A stretch of 64,000 nucleotides of DNA from Trichinella spiralis (taxonomy: Eukaryota): the NCBI RefSeq assembly GCF_000181795.1, contig NW_003526947.1, positions 810,846 through 874,845 on the forward strand, written 5' to 3'. Below, in pieces: positions 52,818-64,000 of this stretch. The notes under the pieces are model-generated. The model searched no databases, was not told the DNA's origin, and was given only the letters and a program-made list of their open reading frames with translations. Made by a program: the position numbers and the translations under genes. How positions within the stretch are numbered: the first letter of the stretch is position 1; each line of letters opens with the position of its first letter.

Positions 52818-55800
52818 GGTGAATGTGTTGTTTGTGTGCGCGCATGTGTGTGTGTATCTGTGACGTTGAAGCGCACTTTTTCTTTTTCTATTTTTATTTC
52901 ACCATGTTAACCGACCGAAAGTTTCACAAAAAAATAATGGATCCTGTTTTTTTTTCTTCACATGGTTTATTTATCACTATCACTATTATTATAATTGTCA
53001 TTTATCATCATCAATATATACACATATTATATTTTTTGTTGCACAACAAGAAAACTACTATTATTATTATTATTTTCATTTTTTTCTTCTCTCTATATTA
53101 TTTATTATAATTGAATTCAGTTATTCGCTTGGTTTAAAGGAGAGAACAACTGTTTTTTTTCATTTTTAATAATTTTTTCAACAATGTTGTGTTCATTTTC
53201 GACATTTTACAGAGTGATTTTTTTTTCCATTTTTAATTCTGAGCATATATTATTATTTGTATGCACAAAAAAATGATGTTGTTTTTGAAAACATATTTAT
53301 TTATATATTCTTTATATGTATCTATATTTATATTCTTTTTTTTATTGAGAGATTTCTATTGTAATCTCTTCGAGTTACGTTTCAGATAAAAATCAGCGTA
53401 CAGAATTTCTGCGGATCTGATGTTTCTTCCATCTTTTAACTGAGGTTTCTGGAATGTTTCGTTTTCTTTTATTGTTTTTATTATTTTTAAATCTTTACCG
53501 TTTAGCCGTGTTCGTAATTCAGGCTTTCATTTTTGACATGCCTTTGAAAAGAAAAAAATTAAAATTATACATAATATGCAAAATTTTGCATTGTTAATTG
53601 TGTTTTTGTCACATTTAAACATTTATTGTTCCAGTTGAACATGCTATAATTCCATGCTACCGACTACGCCAGTCAATCCGTGCGTGTAAAAAACATTGAA
53701 ACGTGAAAGAAAAGTTGATTATTAGAAATGAGATGTGTGTATGCTTTTTCTGTTGGACAAAAATTGAGAAAGAATTTGCAAAACATGCACCTAAAGTGAA
53801 TAATATTTTTTCTTTTTTGTACTTTTGTCCTAGACAACAGTATGATTTAAAACTGTGAAAACTGCTTACTGTTTGAAAAGATAATCAAGTAAGAAAGTAG
53901 TTGGTTATCGATGAAAAAAAAATTTTTTATTTTAAATTTTCCCATCGATTGTGATGCAGTATAATGTTGCAAAAAAATAATAATAATAAAACACTATAAT
54001 AAACAAACTGTTGTTTGATTGTATATAAATAATTATTGTTGAAATTTTTCAATATTGATCGATCAAATAACTAACCGGCTGACGACAATGAAGATTGATT
54101 GCAATTTGAGTTTCAATTTTTGAAATTTATTTTCAACAACCACATGGTGAAAAGAAGCCGATATATATATATATATATATGTATGATGCGTCTGCGTACT
54201 CAATTTTTGTTTTTCTGCTTTAAGCCAGTTGAAAATTCATTCCATTAGTAATTAAAGTGAATTTTCTCGACATTATTCCATTTGAATTTTCAAACAACTG
54301 CTCAATTTCACCTCGAATTGCGAGTAAAATGAAAAAATTAACTGCTTTCCATTAAAATTGACATAAAAAATGTCCCGATGAAAATTTCTTCCGCTCGTAA
54401 AAGAAAAAAAAAGTGAAAATTATCTCGTGAGAAAGCATCATTTATTTACACGGGATATTTATTTTTCAACGTATAATATTAAAAATATACAAAGTGTGTG
54501 AAAATGAACATGAACATGAAAAGGGCGACGAGACATTTGATAGCCGACGGTAAAAGTGAAAAAGTACAAAACAGCCAAGAGATATTATATGTTTGGGGGG
54601 GGGGGGATTGTAATTTCAAATTGCCGCTCAATTATTACAAGTGAGTTGAAATTTGTCGTCGAGTAATGGAAATTTCGAATAGAGGTAAATTTCAAAAAAT
54701 ATTCTGCTTATAATTTATGATAATTGTAGCAATAATGACAAGATGGTGAGGGTGAGAGGGAAGGAAAGGGAAGGGGAGAGAATTTTGTAAAGAAAATTTT
54801 ACCCATAAAATTTGTTAGCGTAAAAGGGCGGGGTTCTTTTCTTTGCCGACAAAGGGTTTGACAAAAATGCGCATTTTGCAATATTTACACAGCAATTAAA
54901 GCATCAAAGCTGAACGGAGGAACGTTTCGGCTTGGTCCAGCTTTGTCCAACGGTGACCGGTAGCTATGTTTGCTCTTTTTTGCCAAAACAAACAACCATT
55001 GATCTCCGGATTTCCCTTTATTCTCTCTATTTCTACCTCTAACCGGCAATCAAATGGAAGCAGATCAAAAAGCCTTGTACAACGGACGCTTGTTTATTGT
55101 ACAGACAAACAATGCTAGATGTCTCTATAAAATTTGCAAATTGTAATTTTTCACAACTGGACAAATAAATATGCATATTGAAAGGATTATCAAAAAAGAA
55201 AAAGGAATTATACTTTTATTTAAAAAATATATTTTTTTCCAATTGTAATAAAAGAAATTTGTTTATTTATTTATAGAAAATTTATTGGATCATTTTGTTT
55301 GAAATGCATCTGTTGCTGTTGGTCAGCATCAGAATTGTTCACGAGTGAAAAGAAAAAAACATTTTCCCTCTATCACCAGTCAATGTGCTTTTCTATCAGT
55401 GAGTATGATATTTCATTAAATTTTTTATAATTATTTTTCAAAATAATTTTCATAATCATCATTAGTTGTATTGTAATAGAATGCAAATGAAGTTCATGAT
55501 TTCTTTTTCAATTTACTCTTCTATTCGATAATAATATCAATTAATTATTGATGAATGTGAACATTTGTTTTTCAATAGAAATTAATAATTTATTTTATTT
55601 ATAATATTAACATTTGACTTATCAATTCATGAATTTCTTTTTTTTCTTTTATTTTGATAAACAAAATTTTACTTTTTTGAAATAGTGAATTCAATTAAAA
55701 AAATTAAATTCGAAATCGAATCGAAAATGCATTCAAATTATATAATTGTGATGATTCACGCGAATTCTTAGATGAGGAAATTTTTTTTTTTGAAATATGA

Positions 55801-58800
55801 AAACAAACTGTTCACTATGTTTGTACACTAATGTCAAAAATTATCGGAAAGAAAAACCGATCGACGATCAATTTTAATGATCAACAGGAAAAAAAACAAC
55901 AAAAAGGAATTCATAAATTAAATATTTGATACAATTCTATTCTATTTTATTCCAGATGTTGTTGTACTTTTGCGTTCGTACTGACAATAATACGTTATAA
56001 GGAGCAGGAGATTCAGTTGCATATGGAAAAATATTTTAATATATTAATAATTTCAATTTTTTTCAGAATATACAATTTGATATTTATATATGTTTATATG
56101 GTATGAAATTATTGTGGCCTAATTTAATTGATAATCAATTAATTCTACAAAGTTAAATCAAAACAGTAATAATAAATGTAAGATTATATGACGAATGATG
56201 AATGTTTGAATGGCTGTTTTCCTACCATCCGATTAGTAATTAATTAAAATTTCAATTGAAATTCAACCGACAAAATGCATCAATTTCTTCTTCACCGGGT
56301 AAATGAATGGGAATTTCCCATTTTTTTATTTTCAAAATGAAGAAAAGTTTTTCTTTTTTTTATTTCTTTGTATCCCAATTTGAAAAATTTATTTTTTCAG
56401 CCGTCGTGTTTGATGAGAAAAAAAATTTTCCCATCTTGAATAACATTCAAACCAACGCACAGTCAGTTCAGTTCAGTTCAGTTGAACTGAAATGTTCAAT
56501 TGAAAAAAAAAATCAATATTTCAATATCGATGGCATCCCAAGCTCACAGTGCATTTTTTGAAAAAATTATTTTTTGACAAACGTAATTTTGAAGTGGAAT
56601 ATTTGTATTAATTTTTTCGTAAATTCTTGGTCTTTTTTCATCAAAATAGTATTTATTAGTATTAAACTATTTGTCCAGTGAACGTGTTTCTTTGTCTGTA
56701 TATTCACTCCAAAGAGTATGTAGATGTAGATGTGTCAGACAGTGCAATCGATTCAGAGATTTCCGTGAGATGATGATGATTAAAAAATTTTAATAATAAT
56801 AAACAAGATAAATGACAATAAAAAAGGTTGAAAAAATGGAAATTATCCATTAATTAATTAGCATATTGGTTTAAAGAAATTATGCCAGTCGACAGCTATC
56901 CGCTTGTGTTGTCGGCCGCTGTGAAATATTGATCAGCTTGCGTAATAGTTTGTAGATGAAGTTCGAGGATGGAAGAAGTATTGGTTTTAGTCGAATGTTA
57001 ACGAATGAAAAACTCTGACAACTTTCGATCCATTCGTCTTGACAACCGCAGCATAAGCGCACGAACAAAATTCTATGATCTATAATAAATAATACGTTGC
57101 GCAATCGTCGTACCAACTTGCCGCATTTTTATTCAACTGAGCAACTGTTATTCGCATTTGCATATTCAACAACAACAAACAAAATAAGAAAACATTTAAA
57201 TTTTTGGAATCGTTAATTTTGCACATTTCAACGATGCAAAATGTTGGATTACCGCAAAATGATTTATTTATTTGTTCAATAGAAGAAAAAGAAGCCATTA
57301 GCAGCAGCTTTTCGCAAGTAATGTAAGAAATTTTTCCTTCTTCAGTTGTACAGTAAGCTGTTTGCAATTTGTACAAGTAGTTGAGTTATTTTCTTTATCC
57401 ATATCATTTCATCAAAGCTTATTGTACAAATGATGAAATCTTACACGATATCCGACTCATCGAGGAGTTGTTTTCCTTTTTTACCATGGATCTTATTCGT
57501 AATTTTATATAATTTCTTTCTCTTACCATTCGCAGCTCATCAATCAATTTAAATTATTTCAAAAATTTCCATTTCTACTTTAATAATTATCATTTTTTAA
57601 AAGCAAAAAAAAGAATAAAACAATTATATGCGTATGTTGGTGGAAAATTTTTCATTTCAAACATTTTTATGCTATATGTATTTATATTATCGATCGATCA
57701 GTCAGTCAGTCAAATGATGAAATGGATAAATTTACATGTTTGTTAATTTCAAAAAATTAATATCAATCAAATTATATACATATATGAAAATATTATCTGG
57801 ATGTGTTAATTTTGACTTTCTTTTTTTATTTTGAAATTCAACTTTTCCAAACGCGCATACTGACTTAATGATGCGTGAGAAAATGCTCAATACAAGAAGT
57901 TGAGCGTATTGATTTTAGCTTCAACCGAGCAAAATATCGATTATTTCAAGAAGTGAAATGTTTTAAACTTGCATTACAACTTACAGCACGGTCAGTTTTC
58001 CTGTAATTGACGCGTTCGACTTGGATAACTTGTGAAGCGTTGGATAACATGTTGGCTTGATTGCATTTGAAATTTTTGTCAACAACTGTATGCAAATTTG
58101 AGAAAAAAAAATTTTTTTTTCAACAGTTCAAATTGTGCATATCGCTTACATGAAAAAGTTCGTATTAAATTTAAATTTTTTCCAATTTCAAATTTTTGCA
58201 AGTAACAATTGTTCTTGTTGTACATGTTGTTTTGAATAATTGATGATGATCATTTTATTTACGAGTGTCATTTGTTTTTTTTTTGCAAACTTAGCATTTC
58301 GAAGAAGCGGCATATTGCATTTAGCCTTTGCCACAGAGAGAAGAACGAAAATTTTCATTTGCAACAGTGGACAAAATTTTATTTGCGTTCTTGGCTCAAC
58401 TGTGTTCAGTTTGCAGCAGTAGCATTTCTTTGAATTTGCTCGAAAGCAGAGCCGTTTGCAAAATATTCAACTTCAACTGTTGCCGCTGGTCGGCGTTAGC
58501 GGCAAAAATTTAGCATCGTATATTCGTTCGTATATTACATACATATATATATATATAATATATATAAGAGCAATTTTCTTAGATAGTGTTCATTTTTGAA
58601 ATTTTATTGCCGCATATGTAACTTTTGGAACCGTATTGGAAAAAGAAAAATGAAGAGAAAAGATGGGAAGAGAGAGAGAGACATGGGTCGTCTCAGTTGA
58701 AGCTGTATTATTAATAATAATAATAATTATTATTATTATTATAGCACGCTCGTTTTTTATTTTTATAAGTTTTATTTCTTTTGGCGTTGGTTATTTCATT

Positions 58801-59357
58801 TTTTCTTTTTGTCAGCATTACTATTGACATGAATAATATTGTCCAAATGCATATTATGCACAAATTATTATTATAGTTTTAATATTTTTTAATATTTCAT
58901 ACAGAGGCATGAGATTATTTTTCATTATTTTAAAATTTTGCTTGTTGATCAAAAACTTTGTCATCGTGATAAAATAATTTTTGTTTTCATTATTATTTTT
59001 CAAATATCTTTTCTCTTTTCCATTCCATGCCCCTCAGCAAATTCTGATTAGCTTTTCAGCACCGTCATAATCGTTGCGATTGGCTAGCACAAGCGCGGCG
59101 CTAGAACGTTTGTTTACCAAATGAAAGAACGCTATAGGCAGCTGTTATTCAGTCGAACGAGGCGGTTGTGTCAAATCTGCAATTCAGCTTTACCTTACCG
59201 TTGGTCGTTGTTATATATGTATATATATATCCTTCATTTTTTTCTGCATATCCAAAAGTTTATTCTTTTTTTTATTTTGCGCGGTTACGTTCTATACCGA
59301 TTTGTGTTTATTGAAAATCTGAAAATCTTTTATCCATTTCTAAAAATTTTTCAGTTA

Positions 59358-60068
59358 ATGAACACTTCGACTGTGTTGCTGCTACTATTTGGTAGCTTGT
59401 TTGCTTTGGGCAACGGTGCTTTGCCGAATATCACTTGTTGCAATGGAGGTGTGCCGTACGTGGATTTGCACGTCTGGCCTGTTGATGGGAATCGTTTCGA
59501 AGAAGTTGCCGATGGAACCGAATGTCGACGATTTTTTTTGCAAATTTCCGACTCGCTGTTGGTCAAATTTGTCGAAAACGGTGGTACGTTGACATGCAAA
59601 TGTCCGAGAGATTATTATGGAACCAAATGTACGTTGAATCGTCAAGCTCAAACTTGGGGTGGTGGCGATGGTCAGAGTTTCAAAATGTTTCTACTTTTGG
59701 CCGTAATTCCGCTCACATTTGCTCTGGTCGCTGCCGTTGGAGGCTTTTTCTGCAAAATGTGCTGTTGCCAAATTGTCGGCGTCGAATGCTTGAATTTCAA
59801 ATGGGTTCCCAAACGAGCAAAAGACCACAACAACAATACCTTCGACAGTGGTGAAATCGACTATCCATTTTCTTCTGTTCGACGACCGCCCATTGTCACT
59901 GCACCGAATCTGTACGTTGTCAACAATGATCGAGATCAAACTGATGCTGCTCCTCCAGCTATTTATGAAGATCCTTATGATCACGGACCGCCACCAGCTT
60001 ACGAAGCTGTCATTCGTCAAGCTTACTTGCAACCGCCTCCACAATTTTCTACCATCGAGAAAAAATAG
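59358..60068 (+). CDS. Type I membrane protein with atypical EGF-like ectodomain and cytoplasmic PPxY motif, single coding exon
   Basis: TTTTCAG acceptor 3 nt before the ATG at 59358; signal peptide MNTSTVLLLLFGSLFALGNG; CKCPRDYYGTKC EGF C-loop; TM FLLLAVIPLTFALVAAVGGFF; juxtamembrane Cys cluster; PPPAY. The upstream 79 aa in the ORF track look like UTR/intron. Confidence 0.85.
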   Translation: MNTSTVLLLLFGSLFALGNGALPNITCCNGGVPYVDLHVWPVDGNRFEEVADGTECRRFFLQISDSLLVKFVENGGTLTCKCPRDYYGTKCTLNRQAQTWGGGDGQSFKMFLLLAVIPLTFALVAAVGGFFCKMCCCQIVGVECLNFKWVPKRAKDHNNNTFDSGEIDYPFSSVRRPPIVTAPNLYVVNNDRDQTDAAPPAIYEDPYDHGPPPAYEAVIRQAYLQPPPQFSTIEKK

Positions 60069-61490
60069 CTAACTAATTGGCTGGCGAGAAGAAAAAAAAA
60101 TATCTGAACCAGTGCCGGTGTGCTTTGCGGTTTTTACAAAATAGCCTTCATAAATAATCATCTATCTTCTCTTATATATGCATATATATATATATACAAA
60201 TGTTTTTATATTCTTCTTCTTTTACTCAATTTAATTAATTTACCTATCCATTTCAATTCAATTCGTATATAATGTATATATATTCATCTCTTTCTATGTC
60301 AACTGCTATTTATTTGGTGCTTCTCTCAACATCGGCTACACAGATATAAACAATGTATGCTTTTTGAAGGGTCAAGTAAAGGTTCATTAAATTGAAATTG
60401 CTATTTTTTAAAATTGGAAAAAAAACAGGATACTTTTCGTAAAATTTTCCAAATATTTGTTGCATATTTTTTTGTTTTTTTCACCAATACCATGTACACA
60501 AACACAATCACATGCATGTGTTCTTGTATTGTGGTGAAATTGGAAGAAATTTTTCGTGGAAAAGGAGAAAACGAATAAACCACAATAAGATGGTCACTGT
60601 TTACCGTTGGAAAAGATAATAATAGCGCAAATTTGAAATTCAAATTATTTTTTTCGCCCAAAGGCAATTTGCACGTGTTGAAAAATTTCGAAAACACGCA
60701 AGCGGAAATGAAATCAGCAACGTCAGCTAACGTGTCGTACCGGCAAAAGTTCAACTGCTGAAACAATAATCCTGACATTTGCATGTTCGGATGGTTAATT
60801 TATCGCCAAAGCAGTTGTTGTTTTTCATCTCCAATCCGTGACATTTAAAACTTTTTCAAATTTGATTATTCCAAAAGCCGCTTGCAAGAATGGCCGTGGG
60901 AACAAATCATGTGACATCATTGCAAATTAATTCATCCTGCCATGCTGAAATGAAGAGAAAGTGGGAAAATGTGTTTCTTCTTCTATTTGTTCTCTTTGCA
61001 ATGCAATAGTTGAAAATAAATTTTTTTTTCACATTGTAAAATTTTAATAATCAACTTTTGACATTAACAGAAAATTACTATTCTTTTTCACCAAATCAAA
61101 CATTTTACTCAAAAAACAAAACAATATCTTCATCTAAATATTTCTATACATGTTAATTGACATTTTCCATTAGTTGGTGGTGTTCATTATTCAAATGATC
61201 ATATTGTACTTTATTTTTCACGCTACTTACTACAGTAAGTAAGTATTACAATAATTGTAAATTAAAAAAGATACTTTCTTTTGTTGAATGGAAAAAATGT
61301 TTTATTTTTAAATTTTCAATTCATCATTCTTCGTTTCAACAAATCAGAATATATTTATTTTGTTGTAAAAAAAATTCAGCTCATCGAAAAACAAATACAA
61401 ATAACAAATATAATAATAACAAAATATGTTCTATTTGATTTTTGTACTATATGAATTATGATCGAAGATAAAATGGAAACTTTCGCTATT

Positions 61491-62785
61491 TTAAAAATGT
61501 TCAACAAAATTTTCATCCGTAGAACGTGCTGCTGCATTCTGTTGCTGCTTGAAGTCGACGGCCGGTAATAGGCCCCCCTTTTGGCCGGATGACTCGACCG
61601 GACGTACGTTGCGTACAAGCACGGCTCCGTGGACGGGACAAATTTTCATCGCATAATCGCCCGGATAATTGTTCACTTCATCTTGCTGAATTTTGCTGAT
61701 CTTCTTCTTTTCCTTGTGATTTCGTTCGGCCGCTTCTTGCCGTCGTTGTTGCTGCCCTTCGCCATGCACATCGGCCGACGGTCGACGTCTCGGCCAACAG
61801 GGCAGTGCTTTGCTACGCTTTTCGGTCTGTTTCACCGAATAGACGATCGTCCCAATGACGACAAGTAGGAAAGACAAGACGAAAAGTATGTGAAACTGAA
61901 AACAGCTTGTGTATTGAAAAAATTTAAATTTTCCCCCCAATCACAACAATCGTCCATTTACCGGATGCTTGAAGACAAAATAGCTGACAAGAACGGCATA
62001 AAAGTCGGCCGTCAACGTGGACAAATTGAACATTATAGCGCTGGAACGTTTTATAACCACGCAAACCATCGAATAAAATACAAACATGGAAACGGCAAAT
62101 GCGACCAAAAGTAAAACTAAACACCAAAATAAAAAAAACATGAGCAGTTGAACAAGAAGAAAAAAAATATCCTCTGAACAACAACTACTCACTCATTTCA
62201 TACTGATGCCACGAAGCGGTTCCTAAATTTGCATTTTCTAAAATTGCCCTACAAATACGAACAATCTTTGTTCAAATTCCATTCGTAAATATCGATCATT
62301 TTAATTTTCATCATTATCAAAAAGTAAACAAACCCAACCGCGCCGTGTTAATGTCTTTTTCTCAAAACGTAATTCTTAGTACTGTTATACGCTGGAAAAT
62401 GGCATCAATATTATTTGGCACGAATTTGAAAATTTTTCGATTAACACTTGAAAATTGTTCAAATGGATGTCGGCCAGAATTGATGAAAAATAAAATCCCA
62501 ATAGCACCCTTTTTCTTTTCAACGAACGCATTTTCCCATTTCATTGATCTCGAGCAGCAGCAAAAAGCACCGATTTCTTCCCTCTTCATGCCGAGGTCAA
62601 TTTGAGGAATGCAAATTCTTTTGAAATGTTCTCAGCAACATGAAATTCGACTAGAAGAAATTTCCGATTAAATATCACATGATCCATGCATCCAGGTGTG
62701 CCGTTTTGCGAAATTCATTTTCAACTGCGTCGCACGACTGAGTAACAACAGCGCATCGGATCTACCAATATATACACTTCTAATA

Positions 62786-62820
<35 letters not shown>

Positions 62821-64000
62821 TTGATAATGCCCCAATATTATTGCTTATTAGTAAACAACTGCACAATGAACTAGCTAATTAAGTGAATATATGTTGAAAA
62901 ATATTCGACAAAAAGTTCAAACGATCATTTGTGAAACAATTTTCAAAACTGGATCTATCATCATCATCATCAAATTGGATCAACGTATCAAACAACAACA
63001 ACAATAACATTATGGAATAAATTATACAAATTAGTTGGATGAAATATAATTAACTAGTTTTAACAACATGTATAATGAATGTATTCAACTTTTCAAAAAT
63101 TACTACACTACAAAAAAAAAATTTAATAAACTACCATTAGAATACTTACAATTGAATCCCTGAAATGAAGCTGCCAAATATTCCAATCATTGCCAAATAT
63201 TCGGTACGAGAATGATTTTGCAAAAGCCATTCTTGAACAACGTTACTTATGCCGTACATGGTTGCACCGCACAAGCAAAGAATATCACCCAACAGTCGAT
63301 TGGATCCTATAAAAATGCAAAAGTCAATCATAAATCATAATAAAACATTCTTTCAATATTTGAACTGGAAATTTGAAACGACAAATGATAAATGTAAAAT
63401 ATTGTATCACTTTTACCAACTGGAAATGGTAAATTTCGATCGATCATTTTTCTGTTGAATAATTTTGCAAATTTGTCAAATAAGTACATAAATACATGAA
63501 AATTAATTTACCATCATCAAGCTGATGACCAATTTGAATATCACCCCATACTAAGCTGCCAACACCCATCAGGCAAATGGATACGCCCACAATGTGGATG
63601 ATCAAATAGCGAACTTTCAAAAAAAGAAACGAAAGAATCAAAACGACAGGTATGGTAAAGCAGTCTAAAAGCTGAAAATACAGATGCATATTAAATTAAG
63701 AAACAGAAGAAAGGTGGAAAAAATGAAATGGAACTTGCCTGAACGCTCGCCAGACTTGTATAACTGTATGCTTTGACCATCAAAAATGTTGCTTCAACGT
63801 CGATAAAAGCCAAAATGAAATATCTCCAACCTCGACTGCGAAATACTTCAACGAGATTCGCGTCGGACGATTGAAAAGCAAGTATCGAGCCGTATACAAG
63901 AGCGAGAAAAAAATAAGTTGAGAAACTTTGAGCTGAAACAATCAATGAAATGGAAAAAATGTCAAATGGCAAGAAACACCAACAACATCACTAACCTGTA
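61491..64000 (-). CDS. SLC35F1/F2-like solute carrier (5' part lies beyond the window)
   Basis: QSFSTYFFLALVY, WRYFILAFIDVEATFLMVKAYSYTSLASVQ | LLDCFTIPVVLILS, GDILCLCGATMYGISNVVQE, EYLAMIGIFG, SSAIMFNLSTLTADFYAV; stop at 61491. A further donor at 63995 shows the gene continues outside the window. Confidence 0.93.
62788..62817. repeat. (CTG)10 microsatellite in an SLC35F intron
   Basis: Perfect ctg x10 seen directly. Confidence 0.95.

Noticed and set aside
54595..54780. G12 run and nearby G-rich purine tract as a G-quadruplex locus
   Set aside because: Short tracts of this kind are common in nematode intergenic DNA; nothing else supports function.

Overview
AT-rich eukaryotic genomic DNA with short GT-AG introns and TTTCAG/TTTTAG acceptors. 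It reads as a nematode, most plausibly a clade I species such as Trichinella (inferred from composition, intron style and transposon families, not from a search). The first ~20 kb is gene-poor and repeat-rich: a local duplication, a possible LTR remnant, a 1-kb CT-rich minisatellite, two inverted FLYWCH-MULE remnants around an assembly gap, and an internally deleted hAT element with TIRs and a perfect 8-bp TSD. From 20.5 kb there are eight genes I could splice by eye: spo-11 (-), a UBASH3/ecdysteroid-phosphate-phosphatase-like histidine phosphatase lacking both catalytic His (-), an M14 carboxypeptidase with a C-terminal ShKT domain (-), a single-exon Trunk/PTTH-family cystine-knot ligand (+), an SLC4 bicarbonate transporter with two non-AG acceptors (+), a two-RRM mec-8/couch potato gene (+), an atypical EGF-like single-pass protein (+), and a partial SLC35F transporter with a GC-AG intron (-). 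No CRISPR array, rRNA or convincing tRNA was seen. The most interesting signals are the nematode Trunk ligand with its head-to-head carboxypeptidase and adjacent pseudophosphatase, and the non-canonical 3' splice sites. All family assignments rest on motif recognition and need database confirmation.
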